Part shown: positions 38,376 through 50,040 of the stretch, piece by piece
How the letters are laid out: every line of letters begins with the position of its first letter
Numbering within the stretch: the first letter of the stretch is position 1
From: Chiloscyllium plagiosum
Lineage: Eukaryota
Length of the DNA stretch: 64,000 nucleotides
NCBI RefSeq assembly: GCF_004010195.1
Contig: NC_057718.1
Coordinates: 105,168,300 to 105,232,299 of the forward strand
Reading direction: 5' to 3'
The notes under the pieces: generated by a model
Told to the model about the DNA's origin: nothing
Databases searched by the model: none
Seen by the model: only the letters and a program-made list of their open reading frames with translations
Position numbers and translations under genes: made by a program

Positions 38376-39296
38376 CATAGAACATTACAGCGCAGTACAG
38401 GCCCTTCGGCCCTCGATGTTGCACCGCCCTGTCATACTAATCTGAAGTCCATCCTACCTACATGATTCCATGTACGTCCATATGCCTGTCCAATGATGAG
38501 TTAAATGCACTTAAACTTGGCAAATCTACTACCGATGCAGGCAAAGCATTTCATACCCTTACTACTCTGACGAAAGAAACTGCCTCTGACATCTGTCTTA
38601 TACCTATCTCCCCTCACTTTAAAGTTGTGTCCCCTTGTGTTTGCATCCCCATACTTGGAAAAAGGCTCTCCCTGTCCATCCTATTTAACCCTCCTGATTA
38701 TCTTGTATGTCTCCATTAAGTCACCTCTCAACCTCCTTCTCTCTAACGAGAACAGCCTCAAGGCCCTCACCCTTTCCTCGTGAGACATTCCTTCCATACC
38801 TGACAACATCCCAGTAAATCTCCTCTGCACCCTCTCCAAAGCTTCCACATCCTCCTTATAATGCGGTGACAAGAACTGTACACAATACTCCAAGTGTGGC
38901 CATACCAGAGCTTTGTACAGCTGCAGCATAACCTCCTGGTTCCAGAACTCATTCCCTCTATTAATAAAGGCCAAAACACTCTATGCCTTCTTAACAACCC
39001 TGTCAACCTGGGTAGCAACTTTCAGGGATCTGTGTACCGGGACACTGAGATCTCTCTGCTCATCTGCACTCCCAAGAATCTTACCATTAGCCCAGTACAT
39101 TGCATTCCGATTACTCAGTCCAAAGTGTATCACCTCACACTTGTCCACATTAAACTCCATTTGCCACCTCTCAGCTCAGCTCTGCATCCTGTCTATGTCT
39201 CTCTGCAACCTACTACATCCTTCGTCACTATCCACAACTCCACCGACCTTAGTTTTGTCCGCAAATTTACTAACCCACCCTTCTACGCCCTCATCC
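38376..39296 (-). mobile_element. CR1 LINE 3' part, same subfamily as 1660-3590
   Basis: Same tail (tagaacattacagcgcagta...ggcccttcggccctcgatgttg). PHLEYCVQF...[13 protein letters not shown]. Confidence 0.88.
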
Positions 39297-39938
39297 ATTC
39301 AACCTCAGACCTTCGGGTGACCGTCCTCCAAGGTGGATTTCGGGACATGAAAAGTGGCTGAGCAGAGGCTGATAGCCAAGTTCAGTACCCATGGGGATGG
39401 CCTCCACTGGGACCTTGGGTTCATTTCACACTACAGGTGACCCCACTGCACTATATACACACACACATAATTTTGTGGGGTGAATTTGTACTTGCAGAAT
39501 TACATTTTACTTTGCTCAAAAATTGCATGAATCCTTGTAAGATTCTGTAAATTCGTTTTTTAGATTAGAATCAGTTTGACCTTTGGGGCACAGACAGCCT
39601 CACACAGGGCACCTCACACCTTCAATGTATTATCTGGGCCGACATAGCACCAATTGTTAAAGTTCATTTGAGAATGTAACTTTTAAAAAGGTTTTGAGAG
39701 TTACATATGAAAGAAGCGAAACTAACATGGTCATTCTAACAGAAGAGAGACTTAACAATCAAGGTATTTTTCAAAGTATAATTTCAGTTACATCACACTA
39801 AACTTTTGCTATAAATTCTGTGCCTTACACTTGTGTCCTCCACAACCACCTGGTGAAGGAGCGTCGCTCCGAAAGCTAGTGCTTCCAATTAAACCTGTTG
39901 GACTATAACCTGGTGTTGTGTGATCTTTAACTTTGTAT
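39297..39938 (+). mobile_element. Penelope-like element 3' end (endonuclease C-terminus, 3' UTR, hammerhead motif)
   Basis: HSTSDLRVTVLQGGFRD...AEQRLIAKFSTHGDGLHWDLGF (frameshifted), then cacCTGGTGAAGGAGCgtcGCTCCGAAAGCTAgtg at 39847-39881. Confidence 0.75.
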
Positions 39939-39977
39939 TGACGACTAAAGTGAAATTTATCTTTCTGTTTGGACATA

Positions 39978-41740
39978 ATGTAAGAACTAGGAACAGGAGT
40001 AGGCCATCTGGCCCTTCGAGCCTGCTCCGCCATTCAGTAAGGTCATGGCTGATCTTTTCATGGACTCAGATCCACTTACCCACCCTCTCACTGTAACCCT
40101 TAATTCCTTTCTTGTTCAAAAAAAATCTTTCTTAGCTTTAAAACGTTTACGGAAGTAACATCAACTACTTCCCTGGGCAGGGAATTCCATAGGTTAACAA
40201 CCCTCTGGGTGAAGAAGTTCCTTCTCAATTCAGTCCTAAATCTGCTCCCTCTAATCCTGAGGCTACGCCCTCTTGTCCTAGTTTTGCCCACCAATGGGAA
40301 CATCCTCTCTACTTCTATCTTGTCTATTCCCTTCATAATTTTATATGTTTCTATAAGATCTCCCTGCATTATTCTGAATTCCAATGAATATAATCCCAGT
40401 CTTCTCAGCCTCTCCTCATAAACCAACCCCCTCTACTCTGGAATCAACCTAAAGAGCCTTCTCTGCACCCCCTCCAGTGCCAGTACATCCTTTCGCAAGT
40501 ATGGAGATCAAAACTGCACACAGTACTCCAGGTGTGGCCTCACCAACACCTAGTATAGCTGTAACATAACCTCCCTGCCTTTTAACTCAATCCCTTTAGC
40601 AATGAAGGATAAAATTCCATTTGCCTTCTTAATTACCTGTTGTACCTACAGACCAACCTTCTGTGGTTTATGCATAGGACACCCAGGTCCCTCTGCGTAG
40701 CAGTCTGTTGCAACTTTTTAACCATTCAAGTAATAGTCCTTTTTACTGTTTCTCTTACCAAAATGGGTGACTTCATATTTATTAGCATTGTGTTCCATCT
40801 GCCAGACCTTTGCCCACACACTCAATGTTTAGATTAGATTAGATTAGATTAGATTTAGATTAGATTAGATTAGATTACAGTGTGGAAACAGGCCCTTCGG
40901 CCCAACAAGTCCACACCGACCCGCCGAAGCGAAACCCACCCATAACCCTACATTTACCCCTTACCTAACACTACGGGCAATTTAGTATGGCCAATTCACC
41001 TGACCCTGCACATCTTTGTGATTGTGGGAGGAAACCGGAGCACCCGGAGGAAACCCAAGCAGACACGTCTCCACACAGTCAGTCGCCTGAGGCGGGAATT
41101 GAACCCGGGTCTCTGGCGCTGTGAGGCAGCAGTGCTAACCACTGTGCCACCGTGCCGCCCACAAATGTGTCTATGTTCCTCTGCAAAGTATCCCTGTCCT
41201 CTGCACACTTTGCTCTGTCATTCATCCTAGTGTCATCAGCAAACTTTGACACACTACACGTGGTCCTCGACTCCAAACCATCTATGTAAATTGTGAATAA
41301 TTGCGGTCCCAACACCAATCCCTGATGAACACCACTAGTCACTGATTGCCAACCAAAGAGCACTAATTTATCCCCACTCTTTGCTTCCTGTTAGTCAATA
41401 AATCCTCTATCCATGCTAATACTTTACCATTAACCCCATGCATCTTTAACATATGCAGCGGCACCTTGTGTGGCCTTTTGGAAATCTAGGTTCACCACAT
41501 CTACTGGGTCCCCTTTGGCCACCTTGCTCAAAGTGTCTTCATAGATTTCGTCTGTTCGACAGGACAATTTCTATCGAGATACCTTGGTATTTCTTCCTTA
41601 ATAATAGACTCAAGAATCTTCCCCACTACAGAGGTTAAGCTCACTGGTCTATAATTCTCCATCTTTTGTCTACCTTCCTTTTTGTAAACAGTGGCATCAT
41701 CCTCGCTGTTTTCCAATCTGCTGGAATGCCCAGAGTCCAG
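39978..41740 (-). mobile_element. CR1 LINE fragment interrupted by HE1 SINE
   Basis: Minus ORFs YEERLRRLGLYSLEFR..., VSKFADDTR and ENYRPVSLTSVVGKILESII. Confidence 0.85.
40829..41160 (-). mobile_element. HE1-type V-SINE with expanded (TTAGA)n tail
   Basis: (ttaga)n at 40829-40876, then the SINE body ending ccgtgccgccc at 41160. Confidence 0.88.
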
Positions 41741-42225
41741 TGCACTTGCTATTTGAAGTATCATTTGGCTGTTAGTTTGTGTGCAATTTCCATTGATTCT
41801 GATTCACATTGAAGTTAAAACTGCAAATAATTTAGAATTTTTTGGTTTCTGGTTTCATCAATGGTTCTGTCACAATATTGATTTAACAAGAAATGTCAGC
41901 AAGTAATTGGACCATGAAAATCACGTGTGCTGAATTCAATCCTCTGCTTACCTGATAGTCCACATTCTCCGTTTTAGTGCACATTGCTAATGGTGATCAA
42001 GAGAGGGAACGATAGGAAATTCTCCCTAACCCTGGCTCTCTTGGTCTGCAATGTGGAGGTGCCGGTGTTGGACTGGAGAGAACAAAGTCAGAAATCACAT
42101 AACACCAGTTGTAGTCCTGCAAGTTTATTTAAAATCACTAGCTTTCAGAGAACTGCTCTTGATCTGGTGAAGTCAGAACTGAGTTAAGAAATTCCTGGGG
42201 CTGGAACTTCTTGTTAATCCTTCTC

Positions 42226-42258
42226 CTGTGTGTGTGTGTGTGAGAGAGAGAGAGAGGG
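42226..42258. repeat. (TG)n(AG)n compound microsatellite
   Basis: tgtgtgtgtgtgtgagagagagagagag. Confidence 0.9.
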
Positions 42259-42310
42259 AGGGTAAGATGGTGCAGGGTACACATTGAAGCTGTCTGCAGA
42301 TCTAGAATAG

Positions 42311-42937
42311 CGCTGAAAATGTGTTGCTGGAAAAGCGCAGCAGGTCAGGCAGCATCCAGGGAACAGGAAAATCGACGTTTCGGGCATAAGCCCTTCAGGA
42401 ATGAGGAAAGTTTGTCCAGCAGGCTAAGATAAAAGGTAGGGAGGAGGGACTTGGGGGAGGGGCGTCGGAAATGTGATAGGTGGAAAGAGGTCAAGGTGAG
42501 GGTGATAGGTCAGACTGGGGTGGGGGCGGAGAGGTCGGGAAGAAGATTGCAGGTTAGGAAGGCGGTGCTGAGTTCGATGGATTTGACTGAGACAAGGTAT
42601 TTCCCCTCCCCCCACCTTGTCTCAGTCAAATCCATCGAATTCAGCACCGCCTTCCTAACCTGAGATCTTCTTCCCGACCTCTCCGCCCCCACCCCAGTCT
42701 GACCTATCACCCTCACCTTGACCTCTTTCCACCTATCGCATTTCCGACGCCCCTCCCCCAAGTCCCTCCTCCCTACCTTTTATCTTAGCCTGCTGGACAA
42801 ACTTTCCCCATTCCTGAAGAAGGGCTTATGCCCGAAACGTCGATTCTCCTGCTCCTTGGATGCTGCCTGACCTGCTGGGCTTTTCCAGCACCACATGTCC
42901 AGCTCTGATCTCCAGCATCTGCAGCCCTCACTCTCTC
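42311..42937. mobile_element. Fold-back PLE-derived element (~290-bp arms, 15-nt loop) with hammerhead motifs
   Basis: Arms 42312-42598 and 42614-42903. 17-bp TSD ctgcagatctagaatag at 42294-42310 and 42938-42954. Confidence 0.92.
42814..42841 (+). ncRNA. Minimal hammerhead ribozyme motif (PLE-type)
   Basis: CTGAAGA-A-GGGC-TTAT-GCCC-GAAA-C-GTC: conserved core, 4-bp stem II, palindromic ACGT stem III, GUC site. Stem I is weak. Confidence 0.7.
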
Positions 42938-43993
42938 CTGCAGATCTAGAATAGTCTTGGCTGTATCAGGAGAGATTTCATTAGAGCCTGAGCTGTTGTG
43001 GAGTGAATCAGTGCTTTGAGGACAGGCACAAAGCTGAATGAAAAGAACTTCATTCATGAAGAGTATTATTTAAGTTCAGTTTATGCAATGCACTGATAAC
43101 ATAACCTCTCAGCATTCTCAACGTTGTTTGACAGCCTCATAGTGACCAGATGGTAAATAACTAATCTTACAATATTCCACAAACACACACTAACACTAAC
43201 ATTGCTGAAATATTCAAGGATTTTGCTCTCTCGGGCAGCCAGTTGGTAACTTCACAGTCAATCAACTCAGTTGTCATAACAAAGCTCCTCTGATATGCCA
43301 TTCAGTGGTTTCACTGCTGTAATAATTCTAAGCTAATTGACTAAGCATGATGTGGTGTAGGAAGCTGTTCATCCTATTGTGCTTTACCAGCTCTTCCAAA
43401 ACTCCGTCTTACTCTTTCCTTCTATCTTTACGATTCATCCAATTCTCTCTTGACAGTTACAATTTAAGTATTGTAAAAGATCATTTTTTAATTGTTTTTG
43501 ATCAATGTGTCATGGCTGCATTATACTTTGAAGAATAAATCCAAATCTAGGTTAAGAATTGAACAGCTGCTGTGGATTTGATGACCAATTCATTGTTATT
43601 GATGATTGAAGTGGTATTGAAGTTTGGCAGTTGCATTAAGTTCTCTGTGGGTATTCAGAATCATTGATGCTTACTAGGGCAAACTGTCTACTTTGACTTC
43701 AAGTATAAACGTGAATTTCCCATCCTGCCTCCCAGTGGCTGCTCAGTAACATCCACTAAAGGTGACCTGAAGGTTGTGGTACTGGTTTTAACTGTGTCCT
43801 TGTCCTCTCGTGAACTGTTTTAAGAATATTTAATACAACAAATATCAATTGAGGGTGGTGCAGCTCATCTGTGATATTATGCCGAGGATTTGCCCAGTTG
43901 TGTGACTCTATCCTTCTGCAAGAAACTTAACTTTGTATTTGACAGTAGCTATAGCTATAACACGCACTTCTTTTTATCTCTCTTCTTCCCCAG

Positions 43994-44088
43994 ATGCTGT
44001 TCTTGAGAATTAATTCCAGTTTTAAAATTCACCTGAAGAGACAGCTAATACGTTTAAATGTTGTGAATGATGGAGGACCTTTGCATGG
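43994..44088 (+). CDS. vps54: VPS54 penultimate coding exon
   Basis: Pyrimidine tract + ccccAG, GTTTGT donor at 44089. MLFLRINSSFKIHLKRQLIRLNVVNDGGPLH+GG, phase 0/2. Confidence 0.94.
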
Positions 44089-44217
44089 GTTTGTGCCTTT
44101 GTGGTTTTGTGAACACCTAGTTTGACTCTAACTGGGGTTTGTTTGGACCCACTTTGAGATGTGTTGTTTTTCTCTTTTCATGTTTCTACTCAAACTAACT
44201 TTCATTTTAAAAGTGTA

Positions 44218-44416
44218 CAGTAGTCCCCCTGAGCCCATGGGGGATACATTCCATGATCTACCATGGATAGGTGTGAACCTATTCATTTAAATAGGAAACC
44301 TACCTTGCCAGCAGCCTCCTGGTTCTGGAATGTTCCCTGTAATATGTTCAGGCCATGGTAAACCGCGAGGTACTGAAACTGCGGAAAACAGTTCCGCGGA
44401 TACAGAGGTTGTCCTG
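44218..44416. mobile_element. Tigger-like MITE
   Basis: TA|cagtagtccccc...ggggatacattcc ... ggatacagaggttgtcctg|TA. The ends resemble recalled Tigger/MER2-group termini. Confidence 0.65.
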
Positions 44417-45082
44417 TATTTATTGTTGATATGCAGATGCTGCTGACTGGAACAGTATCCATTGCCCATCCCTTAATTAGTGCTCTAGAAGGTGGTGGTG
44501 CCTTGAACTGTAACACACTGAATATATCTGCCAGGAACCAATTCAAGTGGCCAGTTTGAAAAATAACTGAAATACAATTTACTGCCTTACAGAAAAACCC
44601 CATCATCTATTTGTGTGATAATGTTGTACTCGGTTAGTACAACTGAAAATGGATTTATCACAAAAAAGTTTGTTAATAATTCAGTGCTGAGCTCAGCATC
44701 TATAACTAAGCAGATTTTAACTCACTTTAGCTTCTTATATTGGGATACCAATCATTGTTTTGTTCAGTAAATCCAATGTAACATTCAGAACATGCTTATA
44801 ATTCCTTGTGCCCAAAGGAACCAGCTTAATTCTTAGAGACTCCTCATTGTAATGTCTTAGTAACAGGACATGAAGTTAATAATGGCATTGAAGAGTGTTA
44901 TTGTTCCTGGTTGTGTAAAGGTTGGCCACGGGGAAGTGTTTGGGTGACCTAGGCCCTGGGATCAGATGTAGGCCACTCTGCTGTTCGATAAGATCATGGC
45001 TAATATAAATGGAGTTTGAACTGCGCTTCCCTTGTTGATTGCAAGTCTGTGTAATTCAGCCTTGAATATATTCAACAAACCC

Positions 45083-45175
45083 TTCCTGAAGAAGGGCTCA
45101 TGCCCGAAACGTCGATTCTCCGGCTCCTTGGATGCTGCCTGACCTGCTGAGCTTTTCCAGCAACACATTTTCAGC
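45083..45175 (+). mobile_element. 93-bp PLE-derived insertion consisting of hammerhead motif plus tail
   Basis: 16-bp TSD tatattcaacaaaccc at 45067-45082 and 45176-45191. Core CTGAAGAAGGGCTCATGCCCGAAACGTC at 45086-45113. Confidence 0.88.
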
Positions 45176-46498
45176 TATATTCAACAAACCCCAGTCTCTA
45201 CAGCTTGCTCTAGGAGTCCAGTGAGCTCAGAGCAGAAATTCTTGCCTGTCTCTTTCTGAAACAGGAAATGCATTTTTAAACCATATCCTCTCATTCTAAA
45301 TTCAGCCCCATAATGACCAGCGCGGACACAATAGGCTGAAGGAGCATTTTCCATGCTGTAAAACTCTATGAAATATTCCTGTCAAAACAGCTCATGATCT
45401 TTTACCTTTCAATGAGATCCGCTCTTATTCTTGGAAATTCTGCCTAGCCTGTGGGACCTTTCCTCATAAGAAAAGCACCTCCCACCTGCCTCAACTCCTC
45501 ATTATAGGTACCAAACAATGAGCAAATGCTAATGCGATTATATTCTTTTGTTAAACAGAGAGGCCAATACTGTATCCAGTATTTCAGATGTGGTCTCACC
45601 GATGCTCTGTACAATTGTAGCATCCACTATCTCAGCAGTTACTCATGTTAACATCTGAATCTGAAATTCAGCAGGGCCAAAGACTTGTCAGGTTTTAGTT
45701 CTAATCATTTTCTCTGTACCCTTTCCCTGGTTACTAGAATTGGTTAAAGTTCCCTGCTCCCGATCTAATTCTGATTTACTATTATTTCTGTGATGTTCTC
45801 TGTGTTCACTGTTACTGACAAAGATGTGAAATATCAGTTCATTTCCTTATTCTGCTAGTTCCTTATTTTCCATCATTACTTTCCTAGACTCCCTCTAAAC
45901 TAACTTTCTATCAGTTCAGTACAATTTTAACTTATACCATTAGCCACATAACCTTCCCTTAGAATCTTTTTTCTCACTGGGATATATACTTGCTTAGTAT
46001 TCTGAGATATATCTTTAAAAGTCTGCCAGTATATTTATACAGATTTATCCTTTAATCTAGTTTCCCTGTTTGTTCTAGCCAGCTCAGGCTTTGTAATAGT
46101 TTAAGTTTACAACAGTAGAGTGTGATCCACTTTCTCTCCCCCAAACTGAATGAAAAATTTGCTGTTTTATGAACTCTCTTTCCTGGGGTGCCTTTACAAT
46201 GAGGTTATTAATTATTCTTATCTCGTTTCACATGATCCAATGGTCAACCTTAGAACACATTGCTGCAGGAAACTGAATCCAAAACACACGATGAACACAC
46301 TATCTGAGCTCCCCTAGCCAATTTGATTCTATTTCTTAAGAATAGATTAAAATCACCCATGATTATTGTGGTACTTTTCTTACAAGTGAAGGGAGAGGAG
46401 TTGCTCTAAGATTTATTATTAAGCAATGTAGTAGTTGTGGGAATCACGCTGTTGAATGCTGGAAAGATGATCGGGAAATTAATCTGTTTCATCTGCAG

Positions 46499-46604
46499 GC
46501 TAGTTACATCAGATCTTGCTTTTTACACTGGAAATATCCAAGCATTAAAAGGTCTTGAGAATTTGGACGTTAATATGATAGAAATTTGGGAACCGAAGAG
46601 GTGA
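46499..46604 (+). CDS. vps54: VPS54 last coding exon, stop TGA 46602-46604
   Basis: ctgcAG acceptor. G+LVTSDLAFYTGNIQALKGLENLDVNMIEIWEPKR*, matching the recalled vertebrate C-terminus ...EIWEQKR*. Confidence 0.96.
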
Positions 46605-48003
46605 CATTCTGAAGGACGCTGCTGTGCACACACACAACCTTCATGATGATCCTAGGCCTTCACTGCCGTGAACTTCGTAAAGACAGTACTTCACTGAAAC
46701 AGCATCTCGACAGGCCAAACTGGGCAGTGTGCTGCTGCAAATGTCCTTGTGACGGCAGTCATCAACTGATCAATCATCATTTTTCAATCGTTTCAAACCT
46801 AAGCTCAAGTTTCTATGGACCAAATGCAGGACTATACATGACCTCTGGCTTTACTGGAAGACGGACTGTAGCACTAAAGGATGCTTCGCATCGGATTATT
46901 TGTATGTTAAACCTCATGTGCAATCACACTATATGTTTAGAAGAAAGCATAGCTAATGATGGTACGGTTTATAAAATATCTTTTAAACAGTTGTAAGTTC
47001 TTGCAACATTAACAATTCATAAAAATGGATTGGTTGTTTCTTATCCATGTGGGGTTGCTAATTATCTAGGAGCTTTATTTTTTTACAGACCTTTCTATGG
47101 ATTTTAAAAATCTTTTGGAGTGGTGGTTGCATATCAAATGTACATTTTCCTATACCCCACAGCTTGCTGATAACCCAAACTTTAAAATCAAAGCATTTCA
47201 GGGTTTATTTTAACTATTCTATCCTCAATGCACCTTTGTTAAAACAACAGAAGTCAGTCATTATGATATATTTGTAATAAAAGCTTATTTCCCTGTTTGG
47301 GGCACATTAACAAATTTCCTTTTATTGAACGTCAGCTTCTGGTTTCTGTTTAGAAGTGCTTACGGGAAGTACTTTATGTTTAAAATGCCTCACTGGGTTT
47401 TTATGTAATGGTTTGGTTAAGATGTGTTTATTTTATCAGTTTCAGACCTTTCCATAAAATTGTGTTGGATTGAGATTTGTTTCTATCAGTTGTGTGGGAG
47501 GTTTGCACCATTAGTAATCAGAGTCAGCAGTGAATGCCTCGATACAGTCAAGTGCCTCGGTTGATTTCTCTTACAGTCCAACAAGCTACAGTTTGGGCTG
47601 TGAGAGTGAAATCCTTATTTACTGAGAGTGCCTAATGAAACATTGGTGGCACTGAAGACTGACCATATCTCCATTTGTGCTGCTATTAAAAATTTATTGA
47701 AATCCAAGCTTGCTGAGGGGTTTATTGATATCTAATAGTAATATTTCTCCAATCCTAATGTTTTTAATTTGAAATCTCAAAATAAAAGTTAATTGGAAGT
47801 TATTTAGTTTTGATTTTTGCTTTGCAGTCTTGTAACATGATGATTTTTTGTTCCCACACTGAATGTCCAAGTTCTTCTGCTCTGCAGATCTTTGATTTGA
47901 AAGTTAAATTTGCCTCAGCTGTATTTACATAGCCAGAAACCATGTTTACTTTCTCTTCAAACCTGCAATCTGACCTTTGGTTTGCTACCAGACTGGAAAT
48001 AAA
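46605..48003 (+). other. vps54: VPS54 3' UTR with candidate poly(A) signals
   Basis: Repeat-free AT-rich stretch after the stop. AATAAA at 47276-47281, 47781-47786 and 47998-48003; the true end cannot be determined. Confidence 0.6.
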
Positions 48004-48049
48004 GCTTAATGCTCAAGTTAGAGTTTATTTATAATTACATGTTCAGAAA

Positions 48050-48980
48050 TGAACATAAAACAATACAGCACAGGAACAGGCCCCTCAGCCCACCATATCT
48101 GTGCCAATCATGATGCCATTCTAAACTAATCCCACCTGCCTGCATTGGTCATTATCCCTCCGTTCCCTACCTGTTTATGTGTTTGTCTAAATGCCTTTTA
48201 AACATTGCTATTGTATCTGCTTCTGCCACCTCTGGGTTATACCCGAAGTGACGACTTCTCCACCTCCTTATGCTGCCTTGCTTGCTGTGTCCTTCCAGCC
48301 TTCTGCTTGTCTACCACCTCCCCTGGCAGTGTGAGCTAAGCAGCTACCACTCCTCTTAAAAAAAACCTTCCTGCACATATCTCCTTTAAAACTTCCCCCT
48401 CTTAAATCTATGCCCATAGTAATTGACATTTTTTGGGGGGGAAAAAGCTCCAACTATCTATCCTATCCATGCCTCTTAGAATTCTACAAACTTCTATCAG
48501 GTCACCCCTCAATCTCCAGCACTAGTGAGAAAAACTCCTTATAACTAATATTCCAATTTAGGCATCTCTTGGTAAATCTCTTTTGCACACCTTTCCATAG
48601 CCTCCATATTCTTCCTCGAGTGTGGCGTCCAGAACTGCACACAATACCCCAAGTGTTGTCTAAGTAAAGTTTTATACAGCAGCAACATGACTTAGCAATT
48701 TTTACACTCCGTGTCGGAAAGTGGAAACCAAGCTTGAGTTTTCTTTGCCATCTTATCCACTTGTGTTGCCACTTTCAGGGAGCTATAAACTTACACCCCA
48801 AGATCCCTCTGTACATTAATGTTCCTAAGGGCGTTCTGCTCTTTATTGTATACTTTCCTCTTGCATTTGATCTCCCAATATGCATCATTTCAACCTCTCT
48901 GGATTCAACTCCATCTGCCATTTCTCCGCCCAGCTTTCCAACAAATCTATATCCTGCTGTATCCTTTCACAATCTTCCAC
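48050..48980 (-). mobile_element. Decayed CR1 LINE 3' part
   Basis: CR1 tail (acagcacaggaacaggccc) and cagaactgcacacaatac motif, as in other copies. Confidence 0.75.
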
Positions 48981-49638
48981 GTTACTCATAGCTTCAGTTG
49001 TTGCATCCACCAATATCCAGTGTTTGTGGTCAAAAAGCAAGTTTAACTGATTATTTGTAAGCAGCTAAAAACTTAAATTGAAAATCCATTTCAATTTTAA
49101 TCCAGTCAGAAATCTTTCGTGATGTTGCTCCAGTTTTCATGTGACCTGTCAGTGGGCAACCTCTTTGCTGACACTGACTTCATCATTGACTCAGTCAGTC
49201 CTCTGTTTATATTACTTTAAAACTACTTTTCAGAAAGATAATCCAGTGATTAATCAATAAGATATTGTTTTTGTTTTCAATGCAAATTCCTACAGACTGT
49301 TGTTTTCATATTCAGAAGTCCTGTGCACAAAATCTATTAAAAAATCAACATTATACTGAAAAACTTCATTAGAGATTACAGCACTTGTAGTCAGATGTAC
49401 CTATTTTAACTTTCAAAGTGTTAAGACTTCTACAGGAGTGTATCTACTGAATAACCTTGTTAACCAGCTTTCTGTTTCTATCCGAAGTTGGATGACAATT
49501 TGTGAACCAGAGGCCAGCAATTTAAAGTGAATAAGAAACAAATCTTCAATCTTTTGGAACAGTCATTTAGTATAATTTGGACAACCATTCAGAATTGTAA
49601 AATGTTCCATCCTATCAAATCTGTACAACTTTCCTCCT

Positions 49639-50040
49639 TTGATTTGATTTGACTTGACTTATTGTCGTCACATGTACCAAAGTACAGTAACAAATTTTGT
49701 TTTCTGAGCAGTGCAGGCAGATCATTAGCAAACAAGGACATGCAGGTCATAGGGTGCTTAAAGTCAGACAGGGTTACAACTGCATAGGAGGTACGCAAAA
49801 GCAAGATCAACGTTAGGTTTGAAATTAGAGAGGTCCGTTCTACAGTCTAATAGCAGGGAAGAAGCTGTTCTTAAACCTGCTGGTGTGTGTGTGTGTGTTC
49901 AAGCTTCTGTATCTTCTGCTGATGGAAGAGGTTGGAAGAGAGCATTACCGGGGTGGAAGGGGGTCTTTGCTGATGATGGCAGCCTTGCTACAGCAATGAA
50001 AATGGAGTCTGGATGGGTTAGCTTCTGTGAGGGTCTGGGC
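49639..50040 (-). mobile_element. Rex1/Babar-type LINE 3' end
   Basis: (tttga)n tail followed by sequence reverse-similar to 16200-16470. Confidence 0.6.

Noticed and set aside
37673..38378. Long ORFs of 184-229 aa in the ORF track
   Set aside because: They consist of X residues translated from the N gap.
42424..42761. Near-identical ORFs on opposite strands (MGEGRRKCDRWKEVKVRV...)
   Set aside because: A by-product of the inverted repeat, not a gene pair.
43105..43300. Faint resemblance to missing VPS54 peptides (cgttgtttg = RCL; attgctgaaata = IAEI)
   Set aside because: The matches are only 3-4 codons, need frameshifts, hit stops and lack proper exon structure, so they are treated as chance.
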